Below, one piece after another: positions 19,397-27,170 of a stretch of 64,000 nucleotides of DNA (within the stretch, counting starts at the first letter, position 1; each line of letters begins with the position of its first letter). The stretch is from the IMG/VR virus record IMGVR_UViG_3300045988_113151; one strand, written 5' to 3'. Under the pieces are notes generated by a model. The model had not been told where the DNA came from and did no database searches. It was given only the letters and a program-made list of their open reading frames with translations. The position numbers and the translations under genes are program-made. The DNA is from a virus.

Positions 19397-19780
19397 TCAA
19401 CTATCGTTAACAATCTCTGGTAGGTTTAACACTTTATTAGGTGTGCCTATTGATTTAGCTACAATGTCACTCTCCATTTCCTTACCCATTACCTTGTATG
19501 TAGCTTTATTTTCTATTTCCTGGTAATTATTACTAGGAATAGTAAATAAAACATAAGATAATGTGGGATTAGGAGTTGTAGCTTTATCTACTACAGCTTT
19601 CTCAGGCTTACTATTATCATCACTATTAGTGATAAAATAGTATCCTGCACCTAATAACAAACCTAATGCTAATGTAGTTAGCATTCTTGTACAAGCATCA
19701 ATTCTTTGTTCAGTTTTCATTACTCTAGATATAATGAAAATGATGATGATTGCAAGCAACAAATAAATTATCGTTGACAT
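19397..19780 (-). CDS. membrane protein (two predicted TM helices); possible sigma-factor partner by position
   Basis: Hydrophobic segments IIYLLLAIIIIFIISRV and LTTLALGLLLGAGYYFI. It lies directly downstream of the sigma gene. Confidence 0.5.
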   Translation of the reverse strand: MSTIIYLLLAIIIIFIISRVMKTEQRIDACTRMLTTLALGLLLGAGYYFITNSDDNSKPEKAVVDKATTPNPTLSYVLFTIPSNNYQEIENKATYKVMGKEMESDIVAKSIGTPNKVLNLPEIVNDS

Positions 19781-19793
19781 GATTTGTTAGGTA

Positions 19794-20351
19794 TTAGTAA
19801 ATATTTGCTATTTTTTGTTTTAATCGTTGTCTTGCTTTATTTAAATCTGATTTAACTTTAGATTCTGGTAAAGCAAATTTTTCAGATATCTCATTATAAG
19901 ATAGACCTTCTATTCGAGCGTTTATTAAATCTCTATATTTCTTTCTAAGTGTTAGAATAGCTTGTTCAACTATTTTTACTTTTTCTTGTAAAACTAATTG
20001 TTCTTCAGGACTTTTTTCGATATTTTCTAATTGAATAGTATTATCTTCATCGTCCATATAGTTATTTAATTGCTCTTTCTTATTTCTTCTTATATAATCT
20101 ATTGAACTGTTAACTGCAATAGTTTTTAACCACATTTCAAATGAAATATGTTGTACATAAGAATCTAATTTTTGATAAGCTTTAGTAAATACTACAGATG
20201 TTAAATCATCTGCTATATCTGTATTCTTTACTATATTATAAATAGTAAACCAAATATTTGATTTATATAATTTATAAAGCTTAGTAAAGGCACTTTCTGA
20301 ACCTTGTTTAGCCTGTTCTACTAAAGTAATTACTTCTTGTGTCATAGGCAT
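19794..20351 (-). CDS. ECF-type sigma-70 family RNA polymerase sigma factor
   Basis: Region 2-like DIADDLTSVVFTKAYQKLDSY...FEMWLKTIAVNSSIDYIRR and a region 4 HTH LSYNEISEKFALPESKVKSDLNKARQRLK. Confidence 0.8.
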   Translation of the reverse strand: MPMTQEVITLVEQAKQGSESAFTKLYKLYKSNIWFTIYNIVKNTDIADDLTSVVFTKAYQKLDSYVQHISFEMWLKTIAVNSSIDYIRRNKKEQLNNYMDDEDNTIQLENIEKSPEEQLVLQEKVKIVEQAILTLRKKYRDLINARIEGLSYNEISEKFALPESKVKSDLNKARQRLKQKIANIY

Positions 20352-20397
20352 AAAATATTAGTGAGCTATAGTCTACCCAACGACTATAGCCCTAAGT

Positions 20398-20808
20398 CTA
20401 AAATGGTAAAGTCGATATATAGTATCTACTACATTCAGCAAATCTAAAGTTAAACAAAAGAAGTATATGATTTCCCCAGTATATTTTAGCAATCTCTGGT
20501 ATTTGTAATTTATCTATCATATTTATTACAATTCTAAGTTTTACTCTAGATGTACTTTCTGTAATAGTAAATCCTTTATCATTTATTAGACAATCTACAA
20601 TAGGTTGAAATATAGTTCTATTTGCATATCTAGCTAATTCTACTACTTCTTTACTTCTATGAATAGTAAAATCTAAAGGATAGATATGCGGATCATCTTC
20701 TATGTTATAATACTTATCACTAAGATATTTTTCACATATAGGATTATAATTGAACATATATTCATAAGGTAGATTTTTGTTAATAGTATCTAAAACTTCG
20801 ATAAGCAT
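20398..20808 (-). CDS. hypothetical protein (TAG stop)
   Basis: ORF track. Confidence 0.55.
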   Translation of the reverse strand: MLIEVLDTINKNLPYEYMFNYNPICEKYLSDKYYNIEDDPHIYPLDFTIHRSKEVVELARYANRTIFQPIVDCLINDKGFTITESTSRVKLRIVINMIDKLQIPEIAKIYWGNHILLLFNFRFAECSRYYISTLPF

Positions 20809-20812
20809 ACTA

Positions 20813-21268
20813 CTAAATATAATTAAGAAATTTCTTAATTTTATTTTCTAAGATATTTGATGCTTGCCCAACATCAATCTTATACTCTTTACAAATTGTA
20901 ATAATGAATTTGTTGTCACATTCTGCTGTTCCATACATCTCCATATACGCTTTGTACTTTTCTGTGAGTTCTTTGATTTCCTCATCTGTTATTACTTCAC
21001 ACTTTTTAAAAGTACGAGTACCAATTCCTAATAAACTATTAACAGCACTAGTTACGGTTAATTTATCAAATGTATATTGGTCGGGATTTTGAACAATATG
21101 TTGTACTTCAATAGAATTTTCACCTAATTCTTTTACTCTTCCAGTATTAAAGAATTCATTCATTGAGATACCTTTTAAAATTTTGATAAATGGAGCCTCA
21201 CCTACTGCTTTAATAATTATGTTCTGGCTAGGTCCCTGAGCCATCCATACTCCTTCTTTTAATGCCAT
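20813..21268 (-). CDS. hypothetical protein (TAG stop)
   Basis: ORF track. Confidence 0.55.
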   Translation of the reverse strand: MALKEGVWMAQGPSQNIIIKAVGEAPFIKILKGISMNEFFNTGRVKELGENSIEVQHIVQNPDQYTFDKLTVTSAVNSLLGIGTRTFKKCEVITDEEIKELTEKYKAYMEMYGTAECDNKFIITICKEYKIDVGQASNILENKIKKFLNYI

Positions 21269-21270
21269 AG

Positions 21271-21462
21271 TTACTTACTTTTTGATTTGTAAAACTTTTG
21301 TGAAATTTGATATGCCATTGTTAAATCAATGCCATATTTTGTTATTAACTTTTGTCTAAAGTCATCTATATCTTCAGATTGTTCTCCTAGTTTAATGACT
21401 TCATCTTTTAAACCTGGCTTATTAAATTTAATCCAAGTTACAGTTTCAAATAATTTTTCCAT
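21271..21462 (-). CDS. hypothetical protein
   Basis: ORF track. Confidence 0.45.
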   Translation of the reverse strand: MEKLFETVTWIKFNKPGLKDEVIKLGEQSEDIDDFRQKLITKYGIDLTMAYQISQKFYKSKSK

Positions 21463-21465
21463 TAA

Positions 21466-21756
21466 TTACTGACAGTTATATTCATAGTTTGATACTTGTT
21501 CTTGAATATTACTCCAAAAACTTAGTCCTTCTTCTAAACTAAGTGATACACATATTGCTTGGATAGAATATGTTGTATACAAACGATTTATCATATTAAT
21601 AGCTTCCTTATAATGATATTTATCTTTTAAGTTACTAGGTATGTATTTTTGATATACTTGTTTAGTAAAGCTACAATAACATTTATTACGTTTCATAATA
21701 GTACGCCATGATTCTGGCATTCTATCTTTACAAGCTTGTCTAATACTTTTTTCCAT
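21466..21756 (-). CDS. hypothetical protein
   Basis: ORF track. Confidence 0.5.
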   Translation of the reverse strand: MEKSIRQACKDRMPESWRTIMKRNKCYCSFTKQVYQKYIPSNLKDKYHYKEAINMINRLYTTYSIQAICVSLSLEEGLSFWSNIQEQVSNYEYNCQ

Positions 21757-21770
21757 AATATTATAATTAT

Positions 21771-22052
21771 TTAAAGTTTTTGTACATTAGTACTATTTTT
21801 TTGCTCCTTTCTCTGTTTCATTAGTTTTTTTATTTTACCTAATATATTATCCCAATATTCAAATCCTTCTTTAGTACTACTCCAAGAAAATCCACCACTC
21901 CATGATCCTGCTGTGGGATTTTTTTCAAATACTTGTAAATCAGGTTTATTTCCATGTCTTGCTTGATTCTTAAGCATTTTCTGTTTTATTTCTGGTGGTA
22001 AAGTCTGAATACTATAAAATTCTGTTTTCTTTCTATGTCTTCCTCTATTCAT
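21771..22052 (-). CDS. hypothetical protein
   Basis: The start is moved to MNRGRHRKK (22052) because the longer ORF-track start overlaps the tRNA-like element. Confidence 0.5.
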   Translation of the reverse strand: MNRGRHRKKTEFYSIQTLPPEIKQKMLKNQARHGNKPDLQVFEKNPTAGSWSGGFSWSSTKEGFEYWDNILGKIKKLMKQRKEQKNSTNVQKL

Positions 22053-22067
22053 AATATTAAAGTTTAG

Positions 22068-22141
22068 TTCACGGAGCAGGATTCGAACCTGCACTCATTT
22101 CCCATATCCGTTCTGTGTCTAACCAATTGCACCATCCGTGA
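22068..22141 (-). ncRNA. tRNA-like element without a canonical anticodon stem
   Basis: Minus strand: TCACGGA...GCAGG-TTCGAAT-CCTGC-TCCGTGA-A. It has a 7-bp acceptor stem, a perfect T arm and a D-loop-like AATTGGTTA. The 22 nt where the anticodon arm should be (AGAACGGATATGGGAAATGAGT) cannot form a stem. Confidence 0.45.
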
Positions 22142-22283
22142 CCTGCTTTTTACGACATTAGCTTAGCCGTTGACTTATCGTATTACGCTGCAATACGAGT
22201 ATAGTCTGTTACAAAAGATTTGTCATTTCTGACGTCTATTGACCTATTCATTTTCATCCTCGCTGTCAAATCCATAATACCCC
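22142..22283 (-). ncRNA. ssrA: tmRNA-like coding piece (5' acceptor strand, tag reading frame)
   Basis: Minus strand: GGGGTATTATGGATTTGACAGCGAGG... (compare E. coli GGGGCUGAUUCUGGAUUCGACGGG). AATAGAC-GTC precedes the frame GTC AGA AAT GAC AAA TCT TTT GTA ACA GAC TAT ACT CGT ATT GCA GCG TAA (compare E. coli AAUAGUC-GCA AAC GAC ... GCA GCU UAA). The 3' limit is uncertain. Confidence 0.6.
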
Positions 22284-22382
22284 ATTAGTAGGATTTTCAC
22301 CTACTTTGAAGCTTTGCGACATTTAGTCTAGGAGTGGTTTATACCCTTGCCAAGAGGAATCGAACCTCTATGCTTCTGACCG

Positions 22383-22440
22383 TGGAGTATGAGGGAGTCG
22401 AACCCTCGTCCAAACGATTCATCCAATGACCTAACAGTCA
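22383..22440 (-). ncRNA. ssrA: tmRNA-like acceptor piece (P2 3' strand, T arm, 3' acceptor strand)
   Basis: Minus strand: ...ATCGTTTGGAC-GAGGG-TTCGACT-CCCTC-ATACTCC-A. ATACTCC pairs with GGGGTAT at 22283-22277, including a G3.U70 pair. GGAC precedes the T stem as in E. coli tmRNA (..UUUCGGAC-GCGGG). UCGUU can pair with AGCGA next to the GAC of the coding piece. The 5' limit is uncertain. Confidence 0.55.
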
Positions 22441-22997
22441 ATATAGTAGTATATAGTTAAATCAATAACTATATACTTAAATATGAATAAACTGTAGGTA
22501 AGTATAATAAAAATAATAATCGGAAATATACTTTAAATACAGAGGCAGATAACTTACTATATGTTTAAAGATTTACTTCTATATCTAAGAGTAGCATCAA
22601 CTATTACTTTATTATAGGCTCTAGGCTCGCTTACTCTACAGTTTTAAATAGGCTTTGATTGCATGTATAGTATAGCAAGTGCTCATGTAAAACAGACTCG
22701 ATTGAACTATAGGCATAAAGCTCTCTATACATATACAATTTGATTTTGTGTACTGTTTATCGTCATAAGACTATTCATAGTACAAACTTCGCCAGTTTTA
22801 TACCCTCGTGGCTTATAGCTCTTGAGTTTAGAACGATCTTTAGGCTCATGATCAGTGGCACGTTTTTTACCCAGCAAAATGGGTCAAGCCTCTATTGCTT
22901 GTTGTCAATTCAACTGTGTACAACATCCTGCATCAAAAGACGACTTATCATGTTCTATGTACAGATTTGTCATAAAGACTTCTTCTTGGGTTGTCGA

Positions 22998-23423
22998 TTA
23001 ATAACGCCAAGCGTCATCACCGTAAATATCACGTTTTCCTTTTTCAATAGCTTTATCTCGGGTTTCTTCAGCCTTTGATATAGCACTGTCATAGGTTTCG
23101 TAATTACCTGTGGTTTCGAGGTCTTTTCTTGCTTCACTCACTTCTTTCAGATAGATTTTCTGAGCTGCTTCTTTTATACGAGCCATACGAAGACCCTTCA
23201 AAGCATCATCTTCTTTGCTTTCTGAATTACGCAAGCGCTGTTCAATTCGTTGAGTTTCTTCTTTCAGTTTACGTTCTGCAATATTATTCTTTGCAGCTTC
23301 AATTGCTTCTTTAGAACCAACTTTCTGTTTTTCAGATTGAGCAGTAATAGCAGCTTCAACATCGAATTCAGCACACAAAACGTTTGCGCCTAAGATAGCG
23401 CTTGTAAAATTTACATTTTTCAT
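22998..23423 (-). CDS. hypothetical protein (coiled-coil-like, higher GC)
   Basis: ORF track. Confidence 0.6.
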   Translation of the reverse strand: MKNVNFTSAILGANVLCAEFDVEAAITAQSEKQKVGSKEAIEAAKNNIAERKLKEETQRIEQRLRNSESKEDDALKGLRMARIKEAAQKIYLKEVSEARKDLETTGNYETYDSAISKAEETRDKAIEKGKRDIYGDDAWRY

Positions 23424-24000
23424 AATTGTTTGAAATTTTAATTGTTAATAATTGATTTATTTAAGAAATGAATATTAATAGTATATCTCACTAAGTTCAT
23501 TACTGAGTTCTTTATTTTCCTCTGTAAGATATTCAATTTCTACTTGAGATTCTAATATAATTTCTATTAGTTCTTCTTTTGTTTCTGTTTCTAATTCTTC
23601 TTGTGTCCACATAGACTTTTAAATTTAAGAGAGTTATCTGTCTATTCGTACGTCTTATTCAACAGAAGCCCTTTTCCTTCTCCTGACCTATTACTAGGTT
23701 GACCGTTGTATAGTCCGTAGTACTCTATCTGTTAAGATTCCTTTAGGGGTTTGGCTTTATAACTCTCTAGGCTTAACTTCACCATAACTTAATAATTAAG
23801 TTAAAAACAAATTATCTGGCATGATAATATTAGTTGTTATAATAAATATTACTTTATTACTACACGCATGGAGATTTTACCTTCCACGTTTATAAGGCTC
23901 TAATTTCTTATGCCTTATTTTCTTTTTAGATTGATACTCGTAAGCTTTTTCAGATTGCTTAGATCCTGGAAAATGAGATTCCTTGTAAGTCTTTCCCATA

Positions 24001-24381
24001 TTACATATCCATTATATAATACATTTTAGCTGCTAACTCTGGTATATAACTAGCTTTGATATTAGTTAGATAACTAAGATCAGATGTACTAGGTGTCATT
24101 AATATACGCAAAGCTTCTTTGTTATTAGTACTAATAATAGATGCTTTCAAATAGTCTTTAAACTTACTAGAACTTGGATGATATCCGGATTTAGCTTCAA
24201 ATTGTTTAACAAGTTTAACAAATTCAGAATCTTTAGCATTTAATCTTTCTTGAGATGCATCTTCCTCTGACAATAATACAGGTTTAGTATTAAAACCAAT
24301 TTGTTCAGAGAATTTAACCATAGCATTTTTAATACTTGATTCACTTACCTCATTAGGTATGCATATTACGACTACTTTCAT
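24001..24381 (-). CDS. hypothetical protein
   Basis: ORF track. Confidence 0.55.
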   Translation of the reverse strand: MKVVVICIPNEVSESSIKNAMVKFSEQIGFNTKPVLLSEEDASQERLNAKDSEFVKLVKQFEAKSGYHPSSSKFKDYLKASIISTNNKEALRILMTPSTSDLSYLTNIKASYIPELAAKMYYIMDM

Positions 24382-24391
24382 AATTTTGATA

Positions 24392-24652
24392 TTATTTAAT
24401 TTCAGTTAGTTTACTTTTTTTATTTGTATTACGACTGTTAACATCAGCGTATTTATCTCTATTGTGTATTTTACCACAACGAATACAGAAGACTCTATCT
24501 TCTCCATTTTCTGATGGAGAGATTCTAGTACCCCAGATATGACCATATTTAATACAGTCAATTCTTCTTAATTTCTCTATTTCTTCTAGAGTTGTTCTTT
24601 TGCTACACACGTTAGCTAATTTCATAAAGAACTTTGTTAAATATTTTCTCAT
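24392..24652 (-). CDS. hypothetical zinc-ribbon protein
   Basis: CIKYGH ... CIRCGKIH. Confidence 0.5.
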   Translation of the reverse strand: MRKYLTKFFMKLANVCSKRTTLEEIEKLRRIDCIKYGHIWGTRISPSENGEDRVFCIRCGKIHNRDKYADVNSRNTNKKSKLTEIK

Positions 24653-24885
24653 TTACATATAAATTAATAGTTTAAAAGTTAATATTAATGATGGCGTCTC
24701 ATAGTTGCAGCTATGAGATTGTAATCAGTTTAATTGAAAAAGATTTAAAGTTGATACAGTATACTGCAATATACTTACCAGTTCTCCAATAGGATAGCTT
24801 TTGTTAATAGAGCGAACTATTTTACATTTTTGACTCTCACATATTTAAACACATGCAGAAAAGCTGTCAAACCAATCTTACTGTG

Positions 24886-25013
24886 TACATGATTTTAACG
24901 CCCGCACGATCATAAATACATTTAATCAATAGGTTATTTATAATTTGCATACGTATGTCTCACTAATTTTAATCAACTATCATAGTATTTACTTACGCCC
25001 CACATGTTTGTCA
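24886..25013 (-). repeat. bipartite conserved intergenic element, copy 1
   Basis: Plus-strand boxes tacatgattttaacgcccgcac (24886-24907) and gccccacatgtttgtca (24997-25013). The same two boxes occur in the same order at 26927-27020. Confidence 0.7.
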
Positions 25014-25077
25014 TCTTCTGAAGGAGCTATATTCCTGTTTCTCAACTGTAATATAGCAAAGACAATTTTAAAATAAA

Positions 25078-25503
25078 CTAAAATGAAGATTTTAAAGAGT
25101 CGTTCTTTGGTTCAGGTATACTTGGTTTAGGCATACTGTCTGGTAAATATTGTTTTTGCACATCCATAGCATGTTTAATAATCTTATCATAGAACTCTTT
25201 ATTTGTAATATAAGTATTTACAATATCTTGAATAGATATTTGTGTTCCTTTTGTTACAAGTATTTGAGTAACTATTTGAGTAGGCATATCTAAGTATACA
25301 CTATCACAATAGCGATAAAATCTCATTTCTTCTCTTTCTTGCAATACTTCCTTTACAGAAGGAATGTATTCTTGTTCAATAGAATCCGTATCAGGGATAT
25401 CATTGATTGCTTGTGGTTTTTTCACACAGCTTGTTAGTATAGTTATTAACATAACTATTGCTAAAATAGCAAATAATTTTAAAGATTTAAATTTTTCTTT
25501 CAT
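25078..25503 (-). CDS. lipoprotein (TAG stop)
   Basis: Signal peptide with lipobox MKEKFKSLKLFAILAIVMLITILTSC. Confidence 0.65.
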   Translation of the reverse strand: MKEKFKSLKLFAILAIVMLITILTSCVKKPQAINDIPDTDSIEQEYIPSVKEVLQEREEMRFYRYCDSVYLDMPTQIVTQILVTKGTQISIQDIVNTYITNKEFYDKIIKHAMDVQKQYLPDSMPKPSIPEPKNDSLKSSF

Positions 25504-25527
25504 TTTTGATAATGTTTTTAATTAATT

Positions 25528-25719
25528 TTACTGTAACATTGAATAGATTTCAGCAGCACTTTCTTTAACTTCTGCTATAACTACTTCTTCTTCGCCTAAA
25601 TTAGTATAAATATAAGTACAGTCTTCTCCATCACAAATAGATGAAATTATTTCTGTATTTATTACTGTATTACCTAGCGTTTCTGGATCAGCGTTAGTTA
25701 ATAATATAAATTTCTTCAT
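25528..25719 (-). CDS. hypothetical protein
   Basis: ORF track. Confidence 0.45.
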   Translation of the reverse strand: MKKFILLTNADPETLGNTVINTEIISSICDGEDCTYIYTNLGEEEVVIAEVKESAAEIYSMLQ

Positions 25720-25836
25720 TGTGGTATAATATTATAAATTATTACTAATAGTGATACTAATATATATAAACTAATCATAATAGTTTTATGATTGTCTATA
25801 AATTGTAACATTTTATCTAATAAGATGTCACAAATA

Positions 25837-26112
25837 TCAGGGTTTGAATCTGTCTTCATACTTCTCACTGTTTTTATTATCTAAATTGTGATTAGCAGAA
25901 GCTCCTAGTTCGTATATAAATCTAATTACGCAGAATATGCATAACGTGATTATAATAACACACCACCATTTGTAATAGTCATATAGACTACCATGCTTTA
26001 GCTCAAAGGCTAAACTTTCATCTAAAACTGCATCAATATTAGCTTTTAACCATAGTGTTACTATAGTAAGAGCTACTATAAATCCAGCTAAAAAATTGAT
26101 TAAACTTTTCAT
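25837..26112 (-). CDS. hypothetical membrane protein
   Basis: Two hydrophobic helices (FLAGFIVALTIVTLWL, WWCVIIITLCIFCVIRFI). Confidence 0.5.
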   Translation of the reverse strand: MKSLINFLAGFIVALTIVTLWLKANIDAVLDESLAFELKHGSLYDYYKWWCVIIITLCIFCVIRFIYELGASANHNLDNKNSEKYEDRFKP

Positions 26113-26333
26113 TCTTTAATTTGATTTAATAGTTGATTACTAGAATTCTTCCAATTAGAAAGTAATTCATTAAATTTATCTCTTAATTCTAACAATTGTT
26201 CTTTCTCTTCATCTGTTATACATTTATAATCAGATTCAAGAGTAATAAGTAAAGAAGATAGATTACATTTTAGACCAAATAATCTAAAATAAGTAAAATT
26301 CCTATACCTATTTAGCTTTGATTTCTTGTTCAT
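26109..26333 (-). CDS. hypothetical protein
   Basis: ORF track; it has a 4-nt overlap with the upstream gene. Confidence 0.45.
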   Translation of the reverse strand: MNKKSKLNRYRNFTYFRLFGLKCNLSSLLITLESDYKCITDEEKEQLLELRDKFNELLSNWKNSSNQLLNQIKE

Positions 26334-26640
26334 ACTTTGCTATTTTATTATAAATTATATTCCAATAGTGAATACCTTTTATTGAATCTTTCCAAGAAAA
26401 AGTAGTTATTATATAAAATATTACATAATTACTTCTTTTTTTATATAGGTTGAGACCTCTATAATTATAATTACGAAAACTCATATTATAATGTATTACT
26501 TCGGAAACAAATTCACTCAAACAATTAAAATGAATTAAAGCGTGTAACAAGTTATATGACATGTTTGTCATAATGTGATGTCTCATATCCTGCTTAATTC
26601 GTTTTAAATCTTTGTCTGTATAATCTACAATATTTTCCAT
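26308..26640 (-). CDS. hypothetical protein (TAG stop)
   Basis: ORF track. Confidence 0.5.
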   Translation of the reverse strand: MENIVDYTDKDLKRIKQDMRHHIMTNMSYNLLHALIHFNCLSEFVSEVIHYNMSFRNYNYRGLNLYKKRSNYVIFYIITTFSWKDSIKGIHYWNIIYNKIAKYEQEIKAK

Positions 26641-26926
26641 AATTACTTTTTAATAAGGAATACTAAGTTTTGATTTGTACAAATAGCAAGATGTGAATAC
26701 TTTCTAATAAATTTCTTTTTCATATTGATTATGTTTTAATGGTTAGTAAATTCTAATAAAATGAAGATTGCTACTTTCACAAGCAACAACCTTCTATAAA
26801 CCAAATTTTAATAAAGAGAATGGCAAATGTAACTAACATCTGAGGACTAGGATACGCTAATCCCTATAAATGATGCAATTAAAAATAGCGAAGAGTTACT
26901 AACGTAGTACAATATAGTTTGCATCA

Positions 26927-27020
26927 TACATGATTTTAAAGTCTGCACTAATGCTAGTTCAAGTGAGCTGTATAAATCAATATACATTTCAGACTAGACA
27001 TAAGCCCCACATGTTTGTCA
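26927..27020 (-). repeat. bipartite conserved intergenic element, copy 2
   Basis: Boxes tacatgattttaaagtctgcac (26927-26948) and gccccacatgtttgtca (27004-27020). Confidence 0.7.
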
Positions 27021-27047
27021 AGGATTCTCACCTTAATAACTTATAGT

Positions 27048-27170
27048 TTAATTACCATTAATAATGTAGAAGATATAACCTACAGCAAATAATGCTATAA
27101 GAACATAAATAATTGCAACTCCTACAAATGCAATTATTCTTTCAAATAAATCGTCATCGTCTTTTTTCAT
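27048..27170 (-). CDS. small single-pass membrane protein (40 aa)
   Basis: Manual translation MKKDDDDLFERIIAFVGVAIIYVLIALFAVGYIFYIINGN. Confidence 0.4.
   Translation of the reverse strand: MKKDDDDLFERIIAFVGVAIIYVLIALFAVGYIFYIINGN

Noticed and set aside
22345-22372. The orphan T arm AGAGG-TTCGATT-CCTCT followed by TGGCAAG as the 3' half of an intron-split tRNA, with a possible 5' partner CTTGCTA near 22675.
   Set aside because: The putative 5' half has no D arm or anticodon arm, and the 7-nt match could be fortuitous. It is mentioned only as a possible processing element.
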